A stretch of 64,000 nt of DNA, from positions 1,152,001 through 1,216,000 of the forward strand of contig CAWFKH010000003.1 of the NCBI GenBank assembly GCA_963816355.1, given 5' to 3'. Position numbers and translations under genes: made by a program. Below are positions 27,197-35,179 of the stretch, piece by piece. Below the pieces are notes generated by a model, which saw only the letters and a program-made list of their open reading frames with translations, had not been told where the DNA came from and did not search any database. Position 1 is the stretch's first letter, and each line of letters opens with the position of its first letter. The DNA is from an uncultured Gemmatimonadales bacterium. Its GTDB lineage: Bacteria > Gemmatimonadota > Gemmatimonadetes > Longimicrobiales > RSA9.

Positions 27197-28719
27197 GCCT
27201 CGGCCCGCGTCCGCACCCACTCGACGAAGAGCCGCGTCGGCACGCCGGTGGCGCCCCGGGTGAGGGGCGGATCAGGATCGTCGAGCCAGGCGGTGCCGGC
27301 GATGTCGAGGTGGGCCCACGGCACGTCGCCGATGAACTCCTTGAGGAACCAGCCGGCCGTGATGCTGCTGCCCGGCCGCCCTCCCGTGTTCTTGATGTCG
27401 GCGATGTCGCTGTCGAGCTGCTTGCGGTACTCGTCCCAGAGCGGCAGCGGCCAGCAGCGCTCGCCGGCGCGCTGGCCGGCGGAGCGCACCTCCTCGATGA
27501 GCGCACCGTCGTTGCCCATGAGGCCGATCGCGTGGTGCCCCAGCGCGATGACGACCGCGCCGGTCAGCGTCGCGGCGTCCACCACCGCCGCCGGCCGATA
27601 GCGCGTCGCGTACGCGAGGGCGTCAGCCAGGATGAGCCGCCCCTCCGCGTCCGTGTTGATCACCTCGATCGTCTTGCCGGACAGGCTGCCGATCACGTCG
27701 CCGGGCTTCACCGCGGAGCCCGATGGCAGGTTCTCCGTCGTCGGAACGAGGCCGATCACGTCGATCGGCAGCGCCAGCTCCGCGACCGCGCCGAGCGCGC
27801 CGATGACCGCGGCGGCGCCCGCCATGTCGTACTTCATCTCCTCCATCTTGTTCGCCGGCTTGATCGAGATCCCGCCCGCGTCGAACGTGACGCCCTTGCC
27901 GACCAGCACGATCGGCGCCCCGCCACCCCCGCCGCGGTACTCCATGACGATGAAGCGCGGCGGCTCACGGCTCCCCTGCGCCACGGCGAGCAGGGCGTGC
28001 ATCCCCTCCTGGCGGATCGCGTCCTCGTCCAGCACGCTCACCGCGAACCCCTTCTCCTCGCCCAGCCGGCGCGCGCGATCCGCGAGGTAGCTCGGCGTGG
28101 CGACGTTGCCGGGCCGCGTCGCCAGCTCGCGGGCCAGGTTCTCCGCTTCCGCGACGACCGTCGCGTAGCGCACGCCCCGCTCCAGCTCCGCCGCCTCCGC
28201 GTCCGATCCCGCGGCCAGGCGCAGGCGGCGCAGCGGCCCCGCGGGGCGCTCTTCCTGCGGCGTCGTCTTCATCTCGGTGAAGCGCCACGACGCCAGGATC
28301 GCCGCCTCGACGGCACCGCGCGCGGCGTAGTAGGCGCCCATGTGCTCGCTGAGCTGGTCCACCGCGCCCAGCGCGAGCACGAGCTCCGTGCGGCTCATCG
28401 CCTCCGCGCGGCGCACCGCGACGCCGACCGCCCGCCGCAGCCGGTCGAGCGTGAACTCCTCGCGCTTCCCCACGCCCACGAGGAGAACGCGCTCCGGTCC
28501 CGCCTCGGTCCCGTCCGCATAGAGGAGCAGAGCGTCGTCGAGGGTGCCGCGGAAGTCGCCACCGGCGAGAGAGCGCGCGATGCGGCCGCCCAGCGCGGCG
28601 TCGACCGCGGCGGCGACGCCGGTCGGCGCCGCGTCGCGCTCGAAGTGGAAGAGCGCGAGCAGCGGCGTCCGCATGTGCGCCGGGTCCGCCCGTTCGATGC
28701 CGATGTCGAGTCCCGCCAT
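27193..28719 (-). CDS. pepA: Leucyl aminopeptidase (M17)
   Basis: VGKGVTFDAGG, MKYDMAG, NTDAEGRL, ATLTGA, WAHLDIAG. Confidence 0.96.
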   Translation of the reverse strand: MAGLDIGIERADPAHMRTPLLALFHFERDAAPTGVAAAVDAALGGRIARSLAGGDFRGTLDDALLLYADGTEAGPERVLLVGVGKREEFTLDRLRRAVGVAVRRAEAMSRTELVLALGAVDQLSEHMGAYYAARGAVEAAILASWRFTEMKTTPQEERPAGPLRRLRLAAGSDAEAAELERGVRYATVVAEAENLARELATRPGNVATPSYLADRARRLGEEKGFAVSVLDEDAIRQEGMHALLAVAQGSREPPRFIVMEYRGGGGGAPIVLVGKGVTFDAGGISIKPANKMEEMKYDMAGAAAVIGALGAVAELALPIDVIGLVPTTENLPSGSAVKPGDVIGSLSGKTIEVINTDAEGRLILADALAYATRYRPAAVVDAATLTGAVVIALGHHAIGLMGNDGALIEEVRSAGQRAGERCWPLPLWDEYRKQLDSDIADIKNTGGRPGSSITAGWFLKEFIGDVPWAHLDIAGTAWLDDPDPPLTRGATGVPTRLFVEWVRTRAEA

Positions 28720-28749
28720 GGTTCTGCCTCTCGTCCGCGCGACGGACGC

Positions 28750-29982
28750 CTACATGTGCTCGATGATCGCCCCGGCGAAGCCGGACGTGGGGACGAGGGT
28801 GGCGCCCTCCATCTGCCGCTCGAGGTCGTACGTCACCGTGCGGCCGGCGACCGCCCCCTCGAGTCCGCGGTTCACCCGCTCCGCCGCTTCGTTCCAGCCG
28901 AGGTGCTCGAGCATCATCACGCCCGAGAGGATGAGCGAGCTCGGATTGACCTTGTCCAGACCGGCGTACTTCGGCGCCGTGCCGTGCGTCGCTTCGAAGA
29001 CGGCCACTTCGTCGCCGACGTTCGCGCCGGGCGCCATGCCGAGGCCGCCCACCTGCGCCGCTGCCGCGTCGGAGAGGTAGTCTCCGTTGAGGTTCGGCGT
29101 CGCGACGACCGAGTACTCGGCGGGCCGCAGCAGGATCTGCTGGAACATGGCGTCCGCGATGCGGTCCTTGACGACGACGCGGCCGCCCGCGTCGCCGGCG
29201 AGATCGGCCTCGGTCACGGTCCGATCGCCGAACCGCTCGCGCGCCACCTCGTAGCCCCAGTCGCGAAACGCACCCTCCGTGTACTTCATGATGTTGCCCT
29301 TGTGCACGAGCGTGACCGAATGGCGGCCTCGCTGCAGCGCGTAGCGGATCGCGGCGGCGACGAGCCGCTTGGAGCCGAACTCGCTCATCGGCTTGATCCC
29401 GATCGCGCTCGATTCCCGGATGGAGGCGCCCAGCTCGTCGACGAGGAAGCCGCGCACGCGCGTCGCCTCGTCGCTGCCGGCGGCGTACTCGATCCCGGCG
29501 TAGACGTCCTCCGTGTTCTCGCGGAAGATGACGATGTCCAGCTTCTCCGGCTCGCGCACCGGCGAGGGGACGCCCGGTATGTAGCGCACGGGGCGGATGC
29601 AGGCGTAGAGGTCGAGGAGCTGCCGCAGCGCGACGTTGAGGGAGCGGATGCCGCCGCCGACCGGCGTCGTCAACGGGCCCTTGATCCCCACCTTGAACTC
29701 GGTGAGCGCGCGCAGCGTCTCCTGCGGCAGCCAGTCGCCCGCGCGCTCCTTCGCCTTCTCGCCGGCGAAGACCTCCATCCAGGCGATGCGGCGCTCGCCG
29801 CCGTACGCCTTCTCGACGGCCGCGTCGAGCACGCGCCGCGTGGCGCGCCAGATGTCGGGGCCGATGCCGTCGCCCTCGATGAAGGGCAGGATGGGACGCG
29901 GCGGCACCTCGAGCTCGCCATCGCGGACGCGAATCACCTCGCCCTCGGCGGGCACCTCCGACCACTGATAGGATTCACTCAT
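28750..29982 (-). CDS. icd: Isocitrate dehydrogenase (E. coli-type, probably NADP-dependent)
   Basis: [64 protein letters not shown]. Confidence 0.96.
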   Translation of the reverse strand: MSESYQWSEVPAEGEVIRVRDGELEVPPRPILPFIEGDGIGPDIWRATRRVLDAAVEKAYGGERRIAWMEVFAGEKAKERAGDWLPQETLRALTEFKVGIKGPLTTPVGGGIRSLNVALRQLLDLYACIRPVRYIPGVPSPVREPEKLDIVIFRENTEDVYAGIEYAAGSDEATRVRGFLVDELGASIRESSAIGIKPMSEFGSKRLVAAAIRYALQRGRHSVTLVHKGNIMKYTEGAFRDWGYEVARERFGDRTVTEADLAGDAGGRVVVKDRIADAMFQQILLRPAEYSVVATPNLNGDYLSDAAAAQVGGLGMAPGANVGDEVAVFEATHGTAPKYAGLDKVNPSSLILSGVMMLEHLGWNEAAERVNRGLEGAVAGRTVTYDLERQMEGATLVPTSGFAGAIIEHM

Positions 29983-29999
29983 TCTAATTCGTCCCTTCC

Positions 30000-31130
30000 T
30001 CAGGACCGCTCCGCGATCGGTGCGACGACGCGGTCGCGGGGGCCGACGTAGGCCGCCTTCGGGCGGATCAGTCGATTGTCCTTCAGTTGCTCGAGCATGT
30101 GCGCCGTCCAGCCGGCCGTGCGGGCGCACGCGAAGATGCAGGTGAAGGTGTCCAGGGGCACGCCCATCGTGTAGTAGAGCGGCGCGCTGAAGAAGTCGAC
30201 GTTGGGGTAGATGCCCTTGCCGCGCCGTTCCATCTCCTGCGCCATCACCTCGACGATGCGGTTCGCGATCTCCAGCCAGCGGCTCTCGCCGCCGCCGGTG
30301 TATGCCTCGGCGAACCGCTTCAGGATCGGCGCCCGCGGATCGAGCGTGCGGTAGACGCGGTGGCCGAAGCCCATGATGCGCTCGCCGGCGTCCAGGCGGC
30401 CGCGGATCCACTCCGGCACGGCAGCCGCGTCCGGGATCGCCTTCAGCATCTCCATGACGCGCTGGTTCGCGCCGCCGTGCAGAACGCCCTTCAGCGTGCC
30501 GATCGCCGACGTCTCGCCGGAATAGAGGTCGGACAGCGTCGCGACCGTCACGCGCGCCGCGAAGGTGGAGGCGTTGAGGCCGTGCTCGGCGTGCAACGTG
30601 AAGGCGACGTCCATGATCCGCGCGGCTGCGGGATCCGGCGCCTCTCCCGTCATCATGTAGAGGAAGTTCGCCGCGTGGGAGAGATCGGGGCGGGGCGGCA
30701 CCGGCTCGGCGCCGCGGCGCAGCCGCTCGAAGGCGGCCGTGGCGGTGATCGCGCGGGCGGTCAGCCGGATCGCCTTGCGCTCGTTGGCCTCGGCCGAGGG
30801 GTCTTCCGCCTCGGGGTCGAAGAAGGCGAGGGCGGAGGCCGCGGTGCGCAGGGCGGCCATGGGGTGCGTCGTCTCGGGCGCGCGTCGCAGGATGTCGATC
30901 AGCCGTCCGTCCACGGCGCGCTCCGCCGCCAGCCGCTGGCGCAGCTCCTCCAGGCGCTCGCGCGAAGGAAGCCCGCCGTACCAGAGGAGATGGCACGTCT
31001 CCTCGAAGGTGACGTGCTCGGCGAGATCGGCGATCTCGTAGCCGCCGTAGACCAGACGCCCCTCGTCGCCCAACACCTCGCTCAGGCGCGTCTCGGCCGC
31101 GACGACTCCCTCCAATCCCTTCGTACCCAT
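30000..31130 (-). CDS. gltA: Citrate synthase (short type; methylcitrate synthase activity not excluded)
   Basis: [41 protein letters not shown]; directly upstream of icd. Confidence 0.9.
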   Translation of the reverse strand: MGTKGLEGVVAAETRLSEVLGDEGRLVYGGYEIADLAEHVTFEETCHLLWYGGLPSRERLEELRQRLAAERAVDGRLIDILRRAPETTHPMAALRTAASALAFFDPEAEDPSAEANERKAIRLTARAITATAAFERLRRGAEPVPPRPDLSHAANFLYMMTGEAPDPAAARIMDVAFTLHAEHGLNASTFAARVTVATLSDLYSGETSAIGTLKGVLHGGANQRVMEMLKAIPDAAAVPEWIRGRLDAGERIMGFGHRVYRTLDPRAPILKRFAEAYTGGGESRWLEIANRIVEVMAQEMERRGKGIYPNVDFFSAPLYYTMGVPLDTFTCIFACARTAGWTAHMLEQLKDNRLIRPKAAYVGPRDRVVAPIAERS

Positions 31131-31319
31131 TCGGTAAACCGTCTCCCGGGCTGCGGATGGGCCGCGTCCGTGCCTCACATCGCGAGGCGCGTCACGCCGC
31201 ACGTGCGGGTGACGGGCCGGCGAGCGGGCGCCGGACGCGACAACGGGGCCGGCGTCCCCGGCCTTCCTGGCGAGGAAGCCTGCCCCGTGGGGCCTGGCGG
31301 AACGCACGGCCAGCGCCCG

Positions 31320-31349
31320 AGTATAGCGGACGCGTCGCGCGCGATGCAA
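31320..31349 (-). promoter_or_regulatory. Putative sigma70 promoter for citrate synthase-icd
   Basis: TTGCAT-18 nt-TATACT on the minus strand. Confidence 0.55.
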
Positions 31350-31370
31350 GCGCTCGCGACGCCGCGGAAT

Positions 31371-31396
31371 GTGACGTTTCCGGGGTCCCGATCGTC
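31371..31396 (+). promoter_or_regulatory. Putative autoregulatory ECF promoter GTGAC-N17-CGTC
   Basis: GTGACGTTTCCGGGGTCCCGATCGTC ends 9 nt before the sigma ATG; related motifs at 275-297 (minus) and 33899-33923. Confidence 0.5.
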
Positions 31397-31405
31397 GAGC
31401 AACCG

Positions 31406-31993
31406 ATGGAAGATTTCGCCCGTGCCGCGAGCCCTGCGCCGGTGCCCCCGCCTCCGGGCGAGAGCGACGGCGAGCTCGTGCGGCGCGTGCGCGGAGGCGA
31501 GCGGGAGGCGTTCCGCGCGCTCGTCGTGCGTCACCAGGATGCGCTGTACCGTCACGCCCGGCGCATGACCGGGTCGAGCGACGTCGCCGCGGATCTCGTA
31601 CAGGCGGCGTTCGTAAAGGCGTACACGCGTCTCGACAGCTGCGACCCCGACCGGTTCGCGGCATGGCTGTTCCGCATCCTGACGAACCGCTCGAAGGACC
31701 ACCTCAAGAGCCCGCGCCGGCGCGAGGTCAGCCTCGAGGCGGTGCGCGCGGGCGGCCCCGCGGCCGCCGAGGATCCGGAGCGGCTCCTCATGCGGAGCGA
31801 GCTGCGCACGACGCTGCAGTCGGCGCTGAACCGGCTGCCAGACGCGCAGCGCGAAGCGTTCCTGCTGAAGCACGTCGAGGGCCTGGGCTACGACGAGATC
31901 GCCGAGCGCGTGGGCGCCTCGACATCCGCGCTCAAGATGCGCGTGCATCGCGCGCGCGACGCGCTCAAAGCGATGCTGGAGGAAGAACCGTGA
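31406..31993 (+). CDS. ECF-family RNA polymerase sigma factor
   Basis: SDGELVRRVRGGEREAFRALV, AADLVQAAFVKAY, FAAWLFRI, LPDAQREAFLLKHVEGLGYDEIA...KMRVHRAR. Confidence 0.95.
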   Translation: MEDFARAASPAPVPPPPGESDGELVRRVRGGEREAFRALVVRHQDALYRHARRMTGSSDVAADLVQAAFVKAYTRLDSCDPDRFAAWLFRILTNRSKDHLKSPRRREVSLEAVRAGGPAAAEDPERLLMRSELRTTLQSALNRLPDAQREAFLLKHVEGLGYDEIAERVGASTSALKMRVHRARDALKAMLEEEP

Positions 31994-32676
31994 TGCATCC
32001 GGACGTACACCGCCATCTCGACGGAGAGCTTCCGCGCGAGGCCCTGGATGCCCGCGCCCGCGGCGAGCTCGACGCATGGGAATCCCTCATGGCCGACGCC
32101 CGGCATATGGCGGCGGAGCGCGCCCCGGCCGACCTGTGCGACCGGGTCATGGACGCCATCCCGGCCACCACGCCCGCAGGAGCGGCGACGAGCTCCGGCG
32201 CATGGCGCCGCGCCGCCGCGTGGCTGCTCGCTCCGCGGCCCCTGCGCGTTCGACCTGCCTTCGCGCTCGCCGCCGCCGCGGCGCTCGTGGCCACCGGAGC
32301 GCTGGCGCTCGCCGCCTACCGCGCCACGGTCGTCGCGCGTTCCGCTCCCTCCGTCGCCGCCACCGCGCCCGCCGCCGCGCCGGCCACGGCGCTCGTCTAC
32401 GTCCAGTTCGTGTACGACGGAGGAGCCGCGAAGTCGGTCGCGGTCGCCGGCGACTTCAACGGCTGGGACGCCGCCGACTTCTCGTTGCGCGACCCGGACG
32501 GCGACGGTGTGTGGACCGCGATGTTCCCGCTCCCGGTCGGCCTCCACAAGTACATGTTCGTGGTGGACGGAGAGCGCTGGGTCACCGATCCTCGCGCGCA
32601 GCGCCACGTGGAGGATGGATTCGGCATGCGGAACGCGCTGATCGCCGTCGCGACGCCGCCGCCGGGGCCCTCCTGA
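31993..32676 (+). CDS. Putative membrane anti-sigma factor with a C-terminal CBM48/AMPK-beta-like glycogen-binding domain
   Basis: TGATG coupling to the sigma gene; anti-sigma-like start (HRHLDGEL), one hydrophobic segment, then VAVAGDFNGW...GVW...LHKYMFVVDGERWVTDP...DGFG.RN. Confidence 0.8.
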   Translation: MHPDVHRHLDGELPREALDARARGELDAWESLMADARHMAAERAPADLCDRVMDAIPATTPAGAATSSGAWRRAAAWLLAPRPLRVRPAFALAAAAALVATGALALAAYRATVVARSAPSVAATAPAAAPATALVYVQFVYDGGAAKSVAVAGDFNGWDAADFSLRDPDGDGVWTAMFPLPVGLHKYMFVVDGERWVTDPRAQRHVEDGFGMRNALIAVATPPPGPS

Positions 32677-33902
32677 TCGGCCGCTGCACGCCGCCGCGCC
32701 TCGCGGCGGCCGCCCCCGTCCTCGTGGCCGCCGCCGGGCTGCTCGCGTCAGCGGCTGCGGCTTCCGCGCAGGGCACGACGCTGTGGGTCGACGCCGCCGC
32801 CGCGTACAGTCGCCCTCCCGGCGCGGGTCCCACCGACGCCGTCGATTTCGGCACCGCCAGCCTCAGCCTCCGCTCCGCCGGCAGCGGGCCGATCACGTTT
32901 GACGGCCTTGCGTACGGCGGTGCCTCCTTCGACGCCGCCGCGGGCTGGCTCGGGGGCTCACTCGCGCTCGACGCCACGAGACGGGCCGGTCGCGTGCGGC
33001 TGGGCGGCCGCGTGGAGGCTTCCGGCCTCCACTACTTCGACCCCTTTCTCTACACGGCCGCCTACGTGTCGGTGGCACCGCGCGTAGGGTGGGCGCTCGG
33101 CTCGTGGGACCTGTCGCTGCACGGCGAGCTCACGCGCGGCCGCTGGCGCGGCGAGGTGGCGGCCGGTCCGGTGATCCTCCCGCTTCCCGGACCCACCGCG
33201 CCGGCCGCCACCGTGGACGGCGACCTCGCGGTCAGCGGCGGCGGCTTCGCCGCGCGGCGCCGCATCGCGGATGGCGCGGTGCTGCGTTTCGCCGCAGCCG
33301 CCTACGACGCCGAGAACGGTGAGGCGCCCGGCGCCTACGCCGGCCTCGATGGCGGCGTCGACTGGGCGCGTGGACGCTTCCGCGTCGGCGTCGGCGCCTC
33401 CCTGTGGAGCGTGCCGGGCGTCGGAACCGGACGCGAGGTCGACAGCGGCTTCGACGCGGACGCCCGCGTCGCGCTCACCACGGACCTCGCCGCGCACGCC
33501 GGCGTGAGCCGCAGCGTGCGCGATCCGCTCTACGGGGCGGAGGGCGTGGTCGGCGCCACCGTGGGGGTGACCTGGAGCGCGCCGCTCTCGCGCGCCAGGG
33601 CGCCCCGCCCGGTGGCGGAGATCGGGCCGCCCGCGGCGGGCGGCCGCACCGTGCGGTTCCGCCTCCGCGCTCACGCCAGCACGGTCGAGCTCGCGGGCGA
33701 TTTCAACGGGTGGCGACCGCAGGCGATGGCGCGCGAGCGAGACGACATCTGGACGCTCGACCTGGTCGTCCCGCCCGGACTCCACCACTTCGCCTTCCAC
33801 CTGGACGGCGAGCGCTGGATGGTGCCGGCGGACGCGCCGGGAATCGGCGACGACGGCTGGGGCCGCCGCACCGCGAGCATCGTGGTCGAGGAGGGCGCGT
33901 GA
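32673..33902 (+). CDS. Exported beta-rich (outer-membrane-like) protein with a C-terminal CBM48-like domain; start uncertain (CTG 32673 or GTG 32724)
   Basis: Signal peptide ending ASA-Q, alternating aromatic/Gly strands, then VELAGDFNGW...IWTL...PPGLHHFAFHLDGERW...DDGWG. Confidence 0.72.
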   Translation: MIGRCTPPRLAAAAPVLVAAAGLLASAAAASAQGTTLWVDAAAAYSRPPGAGPTDAVDFGTASLSLRSAGSGPITFDGLAYGGASFDAAAGWLGGSLALDATRRAGRVRLGGRVEASGLHYFDPFLYTAAYVSVAPRVGWALGSWDLSLHGELTRGRWRGEVAAGPVILPLPGPTAPAATVDGDLAVSGGGFAARRRIADGAVLRFAAAAYDAENGEAPGAYAGLDGGVDWARGRFRVGVGASLWSVPGVGTGREVDSGFDADARVALTTDLAAHAGVSRSVRDPLYGAEGVVGATVGVTWSAPLSRARAPRPVAEIGPPAAGGRTVRFRLRAHASTVELAGDFNGWRPQAMARERDDIWTLDLVVPPGLHHFAFHLDGERWMVPADAPGIGDDGWGRRTASIVVEEGA

Positions 33903-33942
33903 CGGAACGCCTCCTCGATCGTCATAACGGTTGGATGACACC

Positions 33943-34719
33943 ATGACGATTCGAAGCGCTCTCACCCCGATTCTCCTGCTCGCCGCGGGAGCCCTCGCCG
34001 CGCCGCGCACGCTGAGCGCGCAGGCCGACGGCGGTCTCGCCCGCGCCCGCGCGGCCCTGTCCGCCACGGCGGGCGCCGAGCTCGCGACCGCGGTCGACCA
34101 GGCCCGGGGCGAAGGCCTGCCTACGGAACCGCTCGTCGACAAGGCCCTCGAGGGGATCGCCAAGCACGTCCCGCCCGAGCGTATCATCGCCGTCGTCCGG
34201 AGCCTGCACACCCAGCTCATGGAGGCGAGGGCGGTGCTCGCGACGAATGCCGCCACGCCGCCGCAGCCCGACGCGATCGCCGGCGTCGCCGATGCCCTCC
34301 GCCGCGGTGTCCCCGAGGCCGCTCTGCGCGACCTCGCCTCCGCGGGCGACGGCGCCGGCATCGCGATCGAGTCCCACGTGCTCGCGGATCTGCTCGAGCG
34401 CGGCGTCCCCGTGAAGGACGCGGTGGACGTGCTCGCCGCCTGGCGGGCGCGGGGCCGCGATCCGGGTCAGTTGCGGAATCTTCCTGCAGCGGTGGAGAAC
34501 CTGATGCGCGGCGGCAAGGGGCCGGCGGAGGCGGCGGCCGACGTCGCCGCCACCGTACGGGCCGGGCACGTGCTTCTCGGCCCCGGCGGCGTTCCGGCGA
34601 TGCTGGGCGGGCCTCCGGGGCTGGTGAAGAAGGGGCTGCCTCCGATCCCTCCGGGACTCGGTCCGCCCACCGACTCGAAGGGCCACGGGAAGAAGAAGGG
34701 CGGGGGCTCGCAGGGTTGA
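33943..34719 (+). CDS. Secreted helical protein of unknown function with a Pro/Gly/Lys-rich tail
   Basis: Signal peptide (LSA-Q), GLPTEPLVDKALEG, repeated ADxLxRGVP units, tail GPPGLVKKGLPPIPPGLG...KGHGKKKG. Confidence 0.75.
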   Translation: MTIRSALTPILLLAAGALAAPRTLSAQADGGLARARAALSATAGAELATAVDQARGEGLPTEPLVDKALEGIAKHVPPERIIAVVRSLHTQLMEARAVLATNAATPPQPDAIAGVADALRRGVPEAALRDLASAGDGAGIAIESHVLADLLERGVPVKDAVDVLAAWRARGRDPGQLRNLPAAVENLMRGGKGPAEAAADVAATVRAGHVLLGPGGVPAMLGGPPGLVKKGLPPIPPGLGPPTDSKGHGKKKGGGSQG

Positions 34720-34744
34720 CCCGCGGGGAAGGTTCGGGTACGTT
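34716..34744 (+). promoter_or_regulatory. Putative sigma70 promoter upstream of the FeoA-like gene
   Basis: TTGACC-17 nt-TACGTT. Confidence 0.5.
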
Positions 34745-34882
34745 GGGCGTGTGCCAGCGGCGGCCGGATTCGATCCCCATCCGGCCTTCTCAATCGGGCC
34801 CCAGGACGCCGACGAAGGCTCCCGGGGCTCGGTCGCAACCGCACGACTCGCCCGATACGCTCCCCGACCCCGAGGGAATCGT

Positions 34883-35176
34883 ATGCGCCCGCCAACCGAC
34901 CCCGACGTACGAAGTCTCGACCGCGCCTCCATCGGCGAGGCGCTCCTCCTGCGACACGTCCTCTTCGACCGCGTCCGCGACCGCCTTCGCGCGGGTGGCA
35001 TCGGGGAGGGAGACACCGTGGTGGTCAAGGACGACGCCGGCGCCGCGCTGCTGCTCGAGACGGCCGCCGGAGCCGAGCTGCGCATCGACCGCGACGACGC
35101 CCGTTTCGTCGAAGTGGCGCGGCACGGCGGCCTCCGACGCCGCTACGGCATGCGGCCGATTCGCCTCGACGGCTGA
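34883..35176 (+). CDS. Small FeoA-like (SH3-fold) protein
   Basis: SLDRASIGE...RDRLRAGGIGEGDTVVV...LRIDRDDARFVEV matches the FeoA pattern by eye; SD-like GAGGGA. Confidence 0.55.
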   Translation: MRPPTDPDVRSLDRASIGEALLLRHVLFDRVRDRLRAGGIGEGDTVVVKDDAGAALLLETAAGAELRIDRDDARFVEVARHGGLRRRYGMRPIRLDG

Positions 35177-35179
35177 CGG

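Noticed and set aside
27157..30051. 964-aa plus-strand ORF, and many other long ORFs such as 2071-4329, 21391-23400 and 58522-60846
   Set aside because: They are antisense or alternate-frame shadows of clear genes. They are Arg/Ala/Gly/Pro-rich with no motifs, as expected in very GC-rich DNA.
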